Position numbers and translations under genes: made by a program
Shown: positions 36,117-44,702 of the stretch, in pieces
How positions within the stretch are numbered: position 1 is the stretch's first letter
Layout: each line of letters begins with the position of its first letter
The notes under the pieces: generated by a model
The model's database searches: none
The model's input: only the letters and a program-made list of their open reading frames with translations
Told to the model about the DNA's origin: nothing
From: a virus
Taxonomy: Duplodnaviria; Caudoviricetes
Reading direction: 5' to 3' (one strand)
IMG/VR virus record: IMGVR_UViG_3300038548_000114
Location: 1-44,947 of that record
DNA: 44,947 bases

Positions 36117-36841
36117 TGTCGATAGCTAAAGCATTAATGCTGGGAGGAGGAGGCGAGATCGCAATAACCTCGCCCAATCACCCTAACGTGCTGGCCGCTT
36201 ACGATATGGGGGACACAGTCAGCGGGCCAACGCAGTTTGACATCTCCCCTAACGGCCTCGACGCTACCATATCCGGCGCTGACATCGTGGCAGGTAAGAT
36301 AGGCAACGCACTTAGCTTTGTCAGTGCCAATGACGATAGCGTAACGTCCCCAGCTTCTGTTGGTGATGGTAGTAGTGGGTTCACTATCTGCGGTTGGCTA
36401 AAATTCGACAACGATCTCAACCCTGCGAATAGTAACGGCCTTTGGTCACAATGGCGATCTGGTCAACGGTCATGGTTGTTCTACCAAGCTCCGTCGCTTG
36501 GGGCTGATTTAGAGTTCCTAATATCCACCGACGGGGCCGTTACCACAAACGTACTCTCTACAAATACGAGTGTTGTCACGCCGGGTGTGTACGAGTTGTA
36601 CTTCATAGAGTTCGAGCCCTCAGTAGCCATGCGCATATACAGGGGCACGACTTTAATTGGGGCGAATACCACAGACATCCCGGCAGCTATCTTTGACTCT
36701 ACAGCTCCCTTTGAGATGGGGAACTTCTTTAATGATGCAACGGACAGAGCGTGGGACGGGGATCAAGATCATGTATTCCTCTATGATAGGATACTGACCA
36801 GTCAGGAAAAACAAGCTAAAGTAGATGAAGGAACACCGTAA
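36116..36841 (+). CDS. LamG/concanavalin A-like lectin domain protein (receptor binding)
   Basis: GKIGNALSF, FTICGWLK, WDGDQDHVFLYDRILT. Confidence 0.75.
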   Translation: MSIAKALMLGGGGEIAITSPNHPNVLAAYDMGDTVSGPTQFDISPNGLDATISGADIVAGKIGNALSFVSANDDSVTSPASVGDGSSGFTICGWLKFDNDLNPANSNGLWSQWRSGQRSWLFYQAPSLGADLEFLISTDGAVTTNVLSTNTSVVTPGVYELYFIEFEPSVAMRIYRGTTLIGANTTDIPAAIFDSTAPFEMGNFFNDATDRAWDGDQDHVFLYDRILTSQEKQAKVDEGTP

Positions 36842-37278
36842 TGATTGAGTATGTAGATTTAGACTCAATGGAAATCTGTAGCAAGGTTTTCTTATTAAAG
36901 AAGTATAAGAAAAGTAAAGTCAAAGGCTTTGACCTGTCTTCACAGGATCTTATTGATATGAACGCAGGATGGCTCGGCGTTGGTCAGACTCCCGGCGATG
37001 AGGCTACAGGTAAAGCAGTTTGGATAGACGACATTCTTGTGCGAGAGTTCAGACCGTACACCTTGGATAAATTAGCTTTAATAGAGCGACGTTGGAGAAA
37101 CAGTGAACTAACCAAATCTGACGTGGAGTTATTCCGAGTTCAAGACGGACATAAGTCTGGTAAAGGTTTAGTGTCACATTGGCGAACCTATCGTAACGAC
37201 CTGCGTGATTACCCTGAGCAGGAAGGATTCCCCGATACCACTCTTGCGCCAAGGCCGGTGAGAGAGGCCGCAGCGTGA
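36841..37278 (+). CDS. Tail fibre assembly chaperone-like protein
   Basis: ERRWRNSELTKSD...WRTYRNDLRDYPEQEGFP. Confidence 0.75.
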   Translation: MIEYVDLDSMEICSKVFLLKKYKKSKVKGFDLSSQDLIDMNAGWLGVGQTPGDEATGKAVWIDDILVREFRPYTLDKLALIERRWRNSELTKSDVELFRVQDGHKSGKGLVSHWRTYRNDLRDYPEQEGFPDTTLAPRPVREAAA

Positions 37279-37661
37279 TTTCCACAGCCAATTTCAATCC
37301 AAACGTCGACGTAAAATTGCTATGCACTTGTGGTCACCGCCACTGTGATCAGCGTAGTGTCGACCAAATGACTCTCGACGGAGTTCAAGCAGTACGTGAA
37401 GATTTGGGTCGACCGATGACTGTGACTTCGGGCGGGCGCTGCCCCAACCATCGGGACGAACTCACCAAGGACACTTCGAGCGACCACCAGTTGTGCAAAG
37501 CGGTGGATATTGCGTGTAACAGCGAACAGTTGGAGACGAAACTGAAGGTTCTGGCCGGTCGTCACGGTGCGACTCGTGTCGCCGGTGGTGCTTATTGTGG
37601 CTTTGTTCACATGGCGTGGACTGAAACTGATCGGACTGACGTTCCGACCTGGGGATACTGA
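37275..37661 (+). CDS. Peptidase M15 endolysin
   Basis: CTCG, VTSGGRCPNH, SDHQLCKAVDI, FVHM Zn-ligand pattern. Confidence 0.85.
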   Translation: MISTANFNPNVDVKLLCTCGHRHCDQRSVDQMTLDGVQAVREDLGRPMTVTSGGRCPNHRDELTKDTSSDHQLCKAVDIACNSEQLETKLKVLAGRHGATRVAGGAYCGFVHMAWTETDRTDVPTWGY

Positions 37662-38008
37662 TGGCGCTTTATGTTACGGACACCGAGGGGGATGAAGATA
37701 GACCATACAGGTTACTTACTCCCATATATTACGTTTCTCGCTACGGAAAGAAAGTATCCATACCCACAGGGCGCAGGTCAGACGGGGCCACCGGGGCTTG
37801 GGACATCATATCTGAGGCTTGGTGGGTGCACGATGAGTTGTGTAACACCGGTAAGTTCGACGATGGTACGCCATGCACGAACTTGCAGGCGTCTACTATT
37901 TTATCAGACATCTTGAAAAAAGAAGGGAGGTGGTTCAGAGCAAGAACTTGGTTCATTACTACTTTGGCCTTCGGTGGTGGAAAGGCCCGTGAAAACGGGG
38001 TCTTCTAA
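37661..38008 (+). CDS. DUF1353-like protein
   Basis: IPTG..SDGAT...AWWVHDELC...A..IL..IL..EG. Confidence 0.7.
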   Translation: MALYVTDTEGDEDRPYRLLTPIYYVSRYGKKVSIPTGRRSDGATGAWDIISEAWWVHDELCNTGKFDDGTPCTNLQASTILSDILKKEGRWFRARTWFITTLAFGGGKARENGVF

Positions 38009-38043
38009 AAACAAATAACCGTAGTAGTGCCAAGGAAGACATT

Positions 38044-38412
38044 ATGTCCGAAGGTGATGATTTGAATCGCTGTACTGATCAGAAACTGTTTCAGCTCTGC
38101 AAAGATTTTAAAGAGCATCAGGCACGTTTTGAACGGCATGAGGAACGTGAGACTGCTACGTTCGGCAGGATACTCGACGCGCAGCATGAGAACACCAAAG
38201 CGATCGGTGACTTGACCGGACAGATCACAAGTCTGGTCACTGAGACTAGGGCGTCAGTACAGCTCACCAGAGATCTTGAAGGCATCACCCGTGTCGGCGG
38301 CGGCGTGCAGAAGTTTGTCCTGTGGTGCCTCAAGTGGGGCGGTATACTCGGTGGCCTGGGTGTCGGCATCAGCTGGATCATTGACCACTTCAGCAGGAAC
38401 CCAGTAGGTTAG
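38044..38412 (+). CDS. Putative holin-like membrane protein
   Basis: Coiled coil plus one C-terminal transmembrane segment, within the lysis cluster. Confidence 0.45.
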   Translation: MSEGDDLNRCTDQKLFQLCKDFKEHQARFERHEERETATFGRILDAQHENTKAIGDLTGQITSLVTETRASVQLTRDLEGITRVGGGVQKFVLWCLKWGGILGGLGVGISWIIDHFSRNPVG

Positions 38413-38987
38413 ATATAGTTCTTACTGCCGACATGACCCACTTCTGATGTTAAGTCGGCATCGACCCACACCTTGTACCCTGCTGCTGATGCGGCCTTGA
38501 AGAACGATTCATCCTCACTGATCCATTTCTGCCCGTCATACTCGACTTTGAACCAGGGTTCGTCGACCTTCCTGAATACTTCTGCATCAATCAATGTGAA
38601 CCCAAGACCATTGCTGGCGACTTCATGCAATCCTTTACGCTTAGAGAAATCGATGCGCTCACCGTGCTTGTCGCGTGCAGTGTATGCCACCTCATCCGAC
38701 CTGAGTCGATAGGTTGCCCCCACGATCTTTTTCCGCAGGGTGATCAGATACGCTGCAGCATTTGCAGGGAACGTCTGATCACTGTCGATGAATAGGATGT
38801 GTGACGCACCGTGCTGCAGCGCTTGCCTTACACCATCCCATCGACCCTTCTGTACCAGGCTGGATCGAGGGTTGATGATCATCGGTGAAACGTCGACCGA
38901 GCACAGGTGTGCGACCAGACGTGTCAAGCACATGGTGAAGTCAGTGCTGACGGTGTCAGCTGTCGGTATTACGATTGCTAGTTTCAT
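38409..38987 (-). CDS. GT-A fold (GT2-like) glycosyltransferase
   Basis: LAIVIP, ILFIDSDQ (DxD), GLGFTLID..VF, SEDESFF, GYKVWVD...VGHVG. Confidence 0.8.
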   Translation of the reverse strand: MKLAIVIPTADTVSTDFTMCLTRLVAHLCSVDVSPMIINPRSSLVQKGRWDGVRQALQHGASHILFIDSDQTFPANAAAYLITLRKKIVGATYRLRSDEVAYTARDKHGERIDFSKRKGLHEVASNGLGFTLIDAEVFRKVDEPWFKVEYDGQKWISEDESFFKAASAAGYKVWVDADLTSEVGHVGSKNYI

Positions 38988-40474
38988 TAGAAGAAATTCA
39001 CCTCAAGTTCATTCGTCGTGAAGCCACGGCGGTATCGATCGATCGCAGACTTCAACCCTTCCTGACTATCATCCTTACGCTCAAGCGCATCAGCCACAGC
39101 CAGATCCACAGTGTCATTGCATAGGATTCTGATGATTGACACAGGTCGAGTCTGACCCTGCCTGTCGAGCCTGCCTATCATTTGCAAATATAATTCGAGC
39201 GACCAGTTCAACCCAAACCACACCAATATTGAACCACTGTCCTGCAGACCGTCGACACCGTGCCCCATTGATGCAGGATGACCGATCAACAGCTTGATCT
39301 GACCACTGTTCCATTTGTTGATGATCGCTTCAGTATCCTTCGACGGTGTGTTGGTCAGGTTGACGGGTCGGTACTTCTTGAACCGCTTCATGATCCGCTC
39401 AGCATCTGCCTTGTAGGTGTAGCTGCAGAGCACCGGTGCACCACCCGCTTCCTCAAGCACATCCTCAAGCGCATCCAGCTTCGCATCGTGCAGTGGTTCA
39501 TATTCCGTCGACTCACTGCTCAGGTACGGTGACCCGTTGGCAAACTGCAGGCACTTATTCGACACACTGCTGCGGCTGAACACCTCAACCTCAGCACCGC
39601 TGTCGAGCTGCGTGAACATGTTCTTCTCGACTTCCTTGTACGCTTTGCGTGCTGCAGCTGGCAGGTCGACCATGACGTTTATGAACTTGCATTCAGGCAG
39701 GTCCAGATAGTCAGCAGAATCCATCTTCTTTGTGATGTCGCTGATCTTGTGCTCGATCCACTGCTTGCCAAGTTCAGTTGGTGAGCACCCCCAACCGTTG
39801 TAATCCGACATGAAATAATTGTCTTTGTAATGCGTGACGTACTCACCCAGTCGCTCACCCCCATCGACAGCGAGGAACTGACCGAACAGATCCAGGTAAC
39901 CGTTGGATGCTGGGGTACCAGTCAACCCGGTGCGGTACTTGAAGTGGGGCAGGATCTTGCGCCAGCCGGTGTGATGGATCTTGACCGGGTGACCATGGCC
40001 ATCTTTTCGATCGCGATTGCCGCCAGCCATGCGCAGTGTGGTGCTGTTCTTCAGCTTCGACACTTCGTCGTACACCACCATCTGAAACGGCAGCGGCTTA
40101 TCTTGTGACAGGTAGTAGTGATCGAGCTCACGAGCAAGCCAGTTCATTGATTCATAGTTGACCAGGTATATGTCAGCATCAGCGAACAATGCACGACTGC
40201 GCTTCTCCTTGGGGCCGTGGATGACGCTGAAGCGCAGATGCTTGGTGTGAGTCCACTTGCGTGCTTCACGTGCCCACACCGCTTGTATGACCCTCAGTGG
40301 TCCGAAGATCAGAGTCTTCTGCACCTGACCGCACCGCATCCTGTCGACGATGGTGGTCAGCGTGATCGGTGTCTTGCCTAGTCCCATCTGCAGCCACAGC
40401 ATCGAGTCGGGGTTCGTGAGCTGGTGCATGACGCATTCGCGCTGATAGTCGTGGAGCTGCTGGGGTACTAGCAT
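38987..40474 (-). CDS. SNF2-family helicase
   Basis: LHDYQ, MGLGKT, DEVSKLK, LTGTP, HPASMGHGVDGLQ, Q.IGRLDRQGQ. Confidence 0.92.
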   Translation of the reverse strand: MLVPQQLHDYQRECVMHQLTNPDSMLWLQMGLGKTPITLTTIVDRMRCGQVQKTLIFGPLRVIQAVWAREARKWTHTKHLRFSVIHGPKEKRSRALFADADIYLVNYESMNWLARELDHYYLSQDKPLPFQMVVYDEVSKLKNSTTLRMAGGNRDRKDGHGHPVKIHHTGWRKILPHFKYRTGLTGTPASNGYLDLFGQFLAVDGGERLGEYVTHYKDNYFMSDYNGWGCSPTELGKQWIEHKISDITKKMDSADYLDLPECKFINVMVDLPAAARKAYKEVEKNMFTQLDSGAEVEVFSRSSVSNKCLQFANGSPYLSSESTEYEPLHDAKLDALEDVLEEAGGAPVLCSYTYKADAERIMKRFKKYRPVNLTNTPSKDTEAIINKWNSGQIKLLIGHPASMGHGVDGLQDSGSILVWFGLNWSLELYLQMIGRLDRQGQTRPVSIIRILCNDTVDLAVADALERKDDSQEGLKSAIDRYRRGFTTNELEVNFF

Positions 40475-40755
40475 GGGTTGAGTTCACCGTTGAAATACAT
40501 GATCGTGTAAAGCTGAGTGTAAGAGTTGATGGTGATGCCCGGTTGACCCTTCTGCTTGTACCGGATGATCCAGCCACTGACTCTCGGTTGAATCATCACC
40601 TGTGTGTGGGTGCCTCGAATGGTGGGTTGCATGATGCGCCGACCGTGAGCAAAGCACACCGTTCGATCTTGCAGTCGACTCATCACTCGCCGCCTGACAT
40701 TGAAATGATCACACTTACCTAATATCATGTCGAATCTGCGCCAACTTTCAATCAC
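40468..40755 (-). CDS. Hypothetical protein
   Basis: Intact ORF coupled to both neighbours; start uncertain. Confidence 0.5.
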   Translation of the reverse strand: MIESWRRFDMILGKCDHFNVRRRVMSRLQDRTVCFAHGRRIMQPTIRGTHTQVMIQPRVSGWIIRYKQKGQPGITINSYTQLYTIMYFNGELNPC

Positions 40756-41099
40756 AACCCCACCCCCGCAGCAGCAATGGCACCCTGCACCATCGCCATC
40801 TGACTCATCACCTTGATCATCTCAGCGATCAGCTCATCGACCTGCTGCTCACCGTAGACAATGGTTGCTCTGAACCCTAGCTCGGTCATTCGGGTGCGCT
40901 CACGCTGCTGCACCTCAGACTCTTTGCCGTCGACAGTCTTCACCTCAACGAGCCATAGCAGTCCACCAGGTAGGAACACCAACCGATCAGCAACACCGTC
41001 GTGCTGAGGGCTGACGTACTTCCTGGTGACACCACCGAGCAGCAGCTTGACTTGGTCGTCGAGGTAGTTCTCGACCTTGCGCTCACGAACACCCATCAT
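40752..41099 (-). CDS. VRR-NUC domain nuclease
   Basis: ERKVENYL...KYVSP...GVADRLVFLPGG..WLVEVKT..GK.S..Q; likely start at ATG 41099 after GAGGTG. Confidence 0.88.
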   Translation of the reverse strand: MMGVRERKVENYLDDQVKLLLGGVTRKYVSPQHDGVADRLVFLPGGLLWLVEVKTVDGKESEVQQRERTRMTELGFRATIVYGEQQVDELIAEMIKVMSQMAMVQGAIAAAGVGL

Positions 41100-41120
41100 C
41101 GTCACCTCATTGAATTTCAA

Positions 41121-41152
41121 TCAACTGTAGAACATTGTGCCACATCAGTCAA
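41121..41152 (-). promoter_or_regulatory. Sigma70-like promoter upstream of the VRR-NUC/helicase genes
   Basis: TTGACT-17 bp-TACAGT; spacer and -10 region repeated at 879-904. Confidence 0.6.
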
Positions 41153-43151
41153 GCAACGGTTTCACCAGCTTCTCAGCTTCCTTGATGTACCATTCATAGT
41201 TGAGGTCACACGGGTGATAATTGCTGTGAACCCATTCAGCATCAGTGAGATTATTGCACAACTGCACCTTCCAACCCGTGTTGATGTCGCTGGGTCGCTC
41301 ATCATAGGTCGACTTGTTCTTGGTGTGAATGCGCTCATCCCACACACCGGTGCCAACCTCAGTCATGACCTGATTGAAGAACGCATCAGTCAGCTTGTTC
41401 GCACGCTTGAATTCACCCACTGGACCTGCTGCTGGCATCACCTTCTTGAGCACACAACCCTCAGTGCTGATGTAGTAGCGCACGATGTTAGCCACCTGCT
41501 CATCACCCCACCACAACTGAGTGCTGCGAGGGATCTTGGCACGCAAAAAGAAGTCGAAGATGTCGTCATGGTTGGTGATGAACTCACGAATGTCTTCACC
41601 CCGTACCAGTGCAGCTTCAGCAGCCTTAGCGACGACCAGAGCACTGTGGTTCTGGTGCCAGCCAAGATCATACTCATAGGTGCCTTTGCGCTTCACACTA
41701 CCATCGGTGTACTCAGCGATGTAATTGTTCACGTCGCGCACCATAAACCGACTGTACTCAGCATCCTCAAGCTCAAGCCTGGTGACCTGCTCCCACCACT
41801 TCGCGACACTGTGCACCCACTCCTTGTGCTGACGCGGGTATCGGATTGTCAAGCCGTCGGTGTTGATCTGCACCATGCTCAGCTCACTCAGCTGCATCAG
41901 CTTCTCAGCCAACATGCACAGCAGCAGCTGACCGTTGATGGTGATCGACATGGTGTATTGAGGATCGAAGAACGGGCTGTACTGGTTGTTGCTGTCGCCG
42001 TAGACGCCATTGAGTGCCAGCTTCAACATCGCATTTTCAGCGGTGCCTTTCGCATACCCCTTGCGCTGCTCATACACATCTTTGTATATGGTGCAGAATA
42101 TCGCACCGAGGTGAGCCGGGTGCAGACCGTTGACGATCGCTATGTTCGGGTAGTAGCTGGCGACATCCCAGTCTTCGATGATCCAATAATCATCAGAGTG
42201 GACAACCTGAGACTCAACTGACCCGTGGATACCACCGGTCCCGAAGTCAAACTGGAACCCGTCAATGGTGCAGTTCACATCCTTAATCGACCCCTTCGTT
42301 TCGGTGATCACCTGTGACTTCATCCAGATCAGAATGCGCTGAAACTCAGGATGCTCGAACGTGACACAAGGCAGGATGATCTCAGCGAAGTCAATGCGCT
42401 CACGCACCGTCTGCACCATCTTGCGCTTACCGTCGACCTGCTTGTAACAGCAACCAGGGTCAGCCTCTTCCAGCTTCATGATGAAGTAGTCTTTGCCGAT
42501 CTTGGTGTCGTTGTGGTTGAGGAAATTTTTACCGTACTTCACAGACAGCTCTTCACGAAAGCGAATCTGATCGGCAGTCTCATTACAGAACAGATCAGTC
42601 GCGGCGATGTCGTGCCACATGTAGTCAGCCAGAACTTGAATCTGATCATCGGTGAGAGTGGTGCCAACGGGGAACGGCAGATCTTCGATGTTGCTCATAC
42701 GCATGTTGAACTCAAGCACCTTCAGACTGGTGGCGCGTGCCATGTTGTCGAAGTGGTGGATCTTGAACAGGTCCAGCTGCGGCACCAGCCAGTCAGACTC
42801 CCACACCATACTGGCGAAGCGTGCGTTGTGGGGCGCGTTGATGATCGACATCGCTTTGTCATAGATGTTTTCGTAAGTGATGCCGACGTGCTGATTCTTG
42901 TGGATGAAGTGGATCACCGGGTAGTCGAAGCCGATGTTGTTGTATCCAACCATTCGCACCTTGTGTCGACTCAGGATGTCGATGAATAGGCAGAGCATTC
43001 TGATGTCGTTGCGGCGAGTGCTGATCTCGAAGTACCACTTGCGACGGGTCACACGATGCAGGAAACCGACGGTGAATGCGTTGGGGAAAGTTTCTTCGTC
43101 ATACACGATGTCACCATCAGTGATGCCGAACAGGAAGTCAGGGGCGGTCAC
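41145..43151 (-). CDS. Family B-type DNA polymerase with a 3'-5' exonuclease domain
   Basis: YDEET, GYNNIGFDY, DWDVASYYPN, KLALNGVYG, INTDG, DVNNY, KRKG. Confidence 0.9.
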   Translation of the reverse strand: MTAPDFLFGITDGDIVYDEETFPNAFTVGFLHRVTRRKWYFEISTRRNDIRMLCLFIDILSRHKVRMVGYNNIGFDYPVIHFIHKNQHVGITYENIYDKAMSIINAPHNARFASMVWESDWLVPQLDLFKIHHFDNMARATSLKVLEFNMRMSNIEDLPFPVGTTLTDDQIQVLADYMWHDIAATDLFCNETADQIRFREELSVKYGKNFLNHNDTKIGKDYFIMKLEEADPGCCYKQVDGKRKMVQTVRERIDFAEIILPCVTFEHPEFQRILIWMKSQVITETKGSIKDVNCTIDGFQFDFGTGGIHGSVESQVVHSDDYWIIEDWDVASYYPNIAIVNGLHPAHLGAIFCTIYKDVYEQRKGYAKGTAENAMLKLALNGVYGDSNNQYSPFFDPQYTMSITINGQLLLCMLAEKLMQLSELSMVQINTDGLTIRYPRQHKEWVHSVAKWWEQVTRLELEDAEYSRFMVRDVNNYIAEYTDGSVKRKGTYEYDLGWHQNHSALVVAKAAEAALVRGEDIREFITNHDDIFDFFLRAKIPRSTQLWWGDEQVANIVRYYISTEGCVLKKVMPAAGPVGEFKRANKLTDAFFNQVMTEVGTGVWDERIHTKNKSTYDERPSDINTGWKVQLCNNLTDAEWVHSNYHPCDLNYEWYIKEAEKLVKPLLD

Positions 43152-43315
43152 ACCTCATACTCCAACTTGACCACGATATTCTGTGGTGGCGTGGTCGGCA
43201 ACCCTGCTTTCTTGATGTAGACCGTAGGGATGATCGCGCCATCAGAATCGTCACCGTAGACATGAGTACCTTTGGTGGACTTGATCAACTTCAGTTCAAT
43301 AATTTTCACACTCAT
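43148..43315 (-). CDS. Small beta-rich hypothetical protein (55 aa)
   Basis: Manual translation MSVKIIELKLIKSTKGTHVYGDDSDGAIIPTVYIKKAGLPTTPPQNIVVKLEYEV; GAGG RBS; stop overlaps the polymerase start. Confidence 0.7.
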   Translation of the reverse strand: MSVKIIELKLIKSTKGTHVYGDDSDGAIIPTVYIKKAGLPTTPPQNIVVKLEYEV

Positions 43316-43342
43316 CGTCGTCACCTCATTATCATTTTGGAG

Positions 43343-43441
43343 TGGTGCTGGCGACCGGAATCGAACCGGTAGTCTAGTCTTACTCTGCCCACCAAAGGGT
43401 GTTCAGGGAGTCGAACCCTCACGTCGTTACCAAATACCAGC
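43343..43441 (-). ncRNA. tRNA-like RNA with two T-loops and a 3' ACCA
   Basis: GCTGGT...CGCCAGC acceptor-like stem, ACCGG-TTCGATT-CCGGT T-arm, second AGGG-TTCGACT-CCCT arm; no canonical anticodon arm. Confidence 0.6.
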
Positions 43442-43449
43442 ACCACTTC

Positions 43450-43474
43450 AAAATGACCCGACCGAAGCCGGGGT
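43450..43474 (-). terminator. Hairpin, probable terminator or processing site
   Basis: ACCCGGC-TTCG-GTCGGGT followed by CATTTT. Confidence 0.5.
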
Positions 43475-43480
43475 TAGTTG

Positions 43481-43774
43481 TTACCGTCGGAGCATACGAG
43501 GCAGCAGCTTGATCACAGTGCTCGGTACGTGAACGGTATCATGCCTGACGCCGGTCCAGGTATTCAACCGGTGACCGTTGCGCTGGTCACGCTTGAACTG
43601 TGCTGCAGCGATGGCAATACCGTTGAATGGCTTAGCCTGACGAACCTGCTTCGCCCGCATTCGCAGGGTTGTTCTGGGGGTGCCACTGCGAGGATGAAGG
43701 TGGATCGGCACTCTCATTCGACCCATTGCACCTGCAATTGCTAGAGCTATTTGACTACGATTCATCATTGTCAC
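43481..43774 (-). CDS. Hypothetical Arg-rich protein
   Basis: Intact ORF downstream of the ParB-like gene; start uncertain. Confidence 0.5.
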   Translation of the reverse strand: MTMMNRSQIALAIAGAMGRMRVPIHLHPRSGTPRTTLRMRAKQVRQAKPFNGIAIAAAQFKRDQRNGHRLNTWTGVRHDTVHVPSTVIKLLPRMLRR

Positions 43775-44627
43775 CTTCAGTTGATTTAACAGAGTTTGCA
43801 GCTTCAGCCAGTGCCTGAAACTGCTCGATCGGAATGATCACCTTCACCTGCTTTGATGCTCTGTCGAAGTCATCCAGCTCACGATCGAACAGCGGGTGAA
43901 CTGCTAACAACGCATCGCGGATCTGCTGCAGGGTTTTCGGTGGCAACCGCTTCTGCTGGTTCACAGCTGCAGGTGTCACCGTCTTCTTGCCAGCTTTCTC
44001 AGCAGTCTTCAAACCAGCGTTCGCCTTGTCGACTGCACCGGTTGAGCCTTCGGTACTGTACAGGTCGAGTGCATAACTGGCGCTGATCTTGCCTTCGTTG
44101 ACCATGCGCTTCATGTCTTCGGGCATCTTCAGCATCGTGAGATACCGTGCGACCTGAGTACCTGTGCAACCGACACTCTTCGCGATCTCAGTGTCGTTCA
44201 GACCATAAGCCTGCAGCCGGGCATACACCGACGCACGCTGCAGAGGCTTGAGTTTCAGGCCGTCGTTCGATGTCAGGATCAGTGATGTCTGCTCGACGTC
44301 ACCACCTTTGTGCTCTTCAACACGAACACGCTTGATGTCATGACCTTCATCGATCGCCAGCAGTACAGCACGACGACGGCAGTGACCTTCACGAACCACC
44401 ACATCACCGTCGATAACTGAAACGATCAGCGGCGGCACATAGCGTGCTGCGATGTACGACTGCTTCAGTGCTTCGATATGATCGATGACTTCTTGGTCAC
44501 CGTAGTCACGCGGGTTGAACCCCGGTTGCTCGACCAGCATTGACGGGTGAATCGAGAACCCATCGCCGCGTGATCCATCTGCTTTGTGCTCGCGCTGCCA
44601 AGCCTTGAGCGAATTGATTGCTGCCAT
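43755..44627 (-). CDS. ParB/Srx-like domain protein with HTH
   Basis: GFNPR, PPLIV, VVREGHCRRRA, LKPLQRA, EIAKSVGCT..QV..YL; likely start MAAINS. Confidence 0.8.
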   Translation of the reverse strand: MAAINSLKAWQREHKADGSRGDGFSIHPSMLVEQPGFNPRDYGDQEVIDHIEALKQSYIAARYVPPLIVSVIDGDVVVREGHCRRRAVLLAIDEGHDIKRVRVEEHKGGDVEQTSLILTSNDGLKLKPLQRASVYARLQAYGLNDTEIAKSVGCTGTQVARYLTMLKMPEDMKRMVNEGKISASYALDLYSTEGSTGAVDKANAGLKTAEKAGKKTVTPAAVNQQKRLPPKTLQQIRDALLAVHPLFDRELDDFDRASKQVKVIIPIEQFQALAEAANSVKSTEGDNDES

Positions 44628-44702
44628 TGTCGTCACCAGATTAGACCGCAGAGCACTCGCAGAGGGACTATGCACCATTCCTGCGAGGTCTTTGGTATTG
44701 AT

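Noticed and set aside
34935-37278. Diversity-generating retroelement as in BPP-1
   Set aside because: Despite the BPP-1-like head genes, I saw no reverse transcriptase motif, no avd gene and no TR/VR repeat pair.
41001-42989. Long antisense ORFs (406 aa and 212 aa), and similar ones at 1298-2083, 19893-20597 and 32938-33834
   Set aside because: They are antisense shadows of well-supported genes with biased codon usage, with no motifs or RBS support.
43343-43441. Canonical tRNA, tmRNA or attP site
   Set aside because: There is no proper D or anticodon arm, no G3-U70 pair or tag reading frame, and no integrase. Kept as a tRNA-like ncRNA instead.
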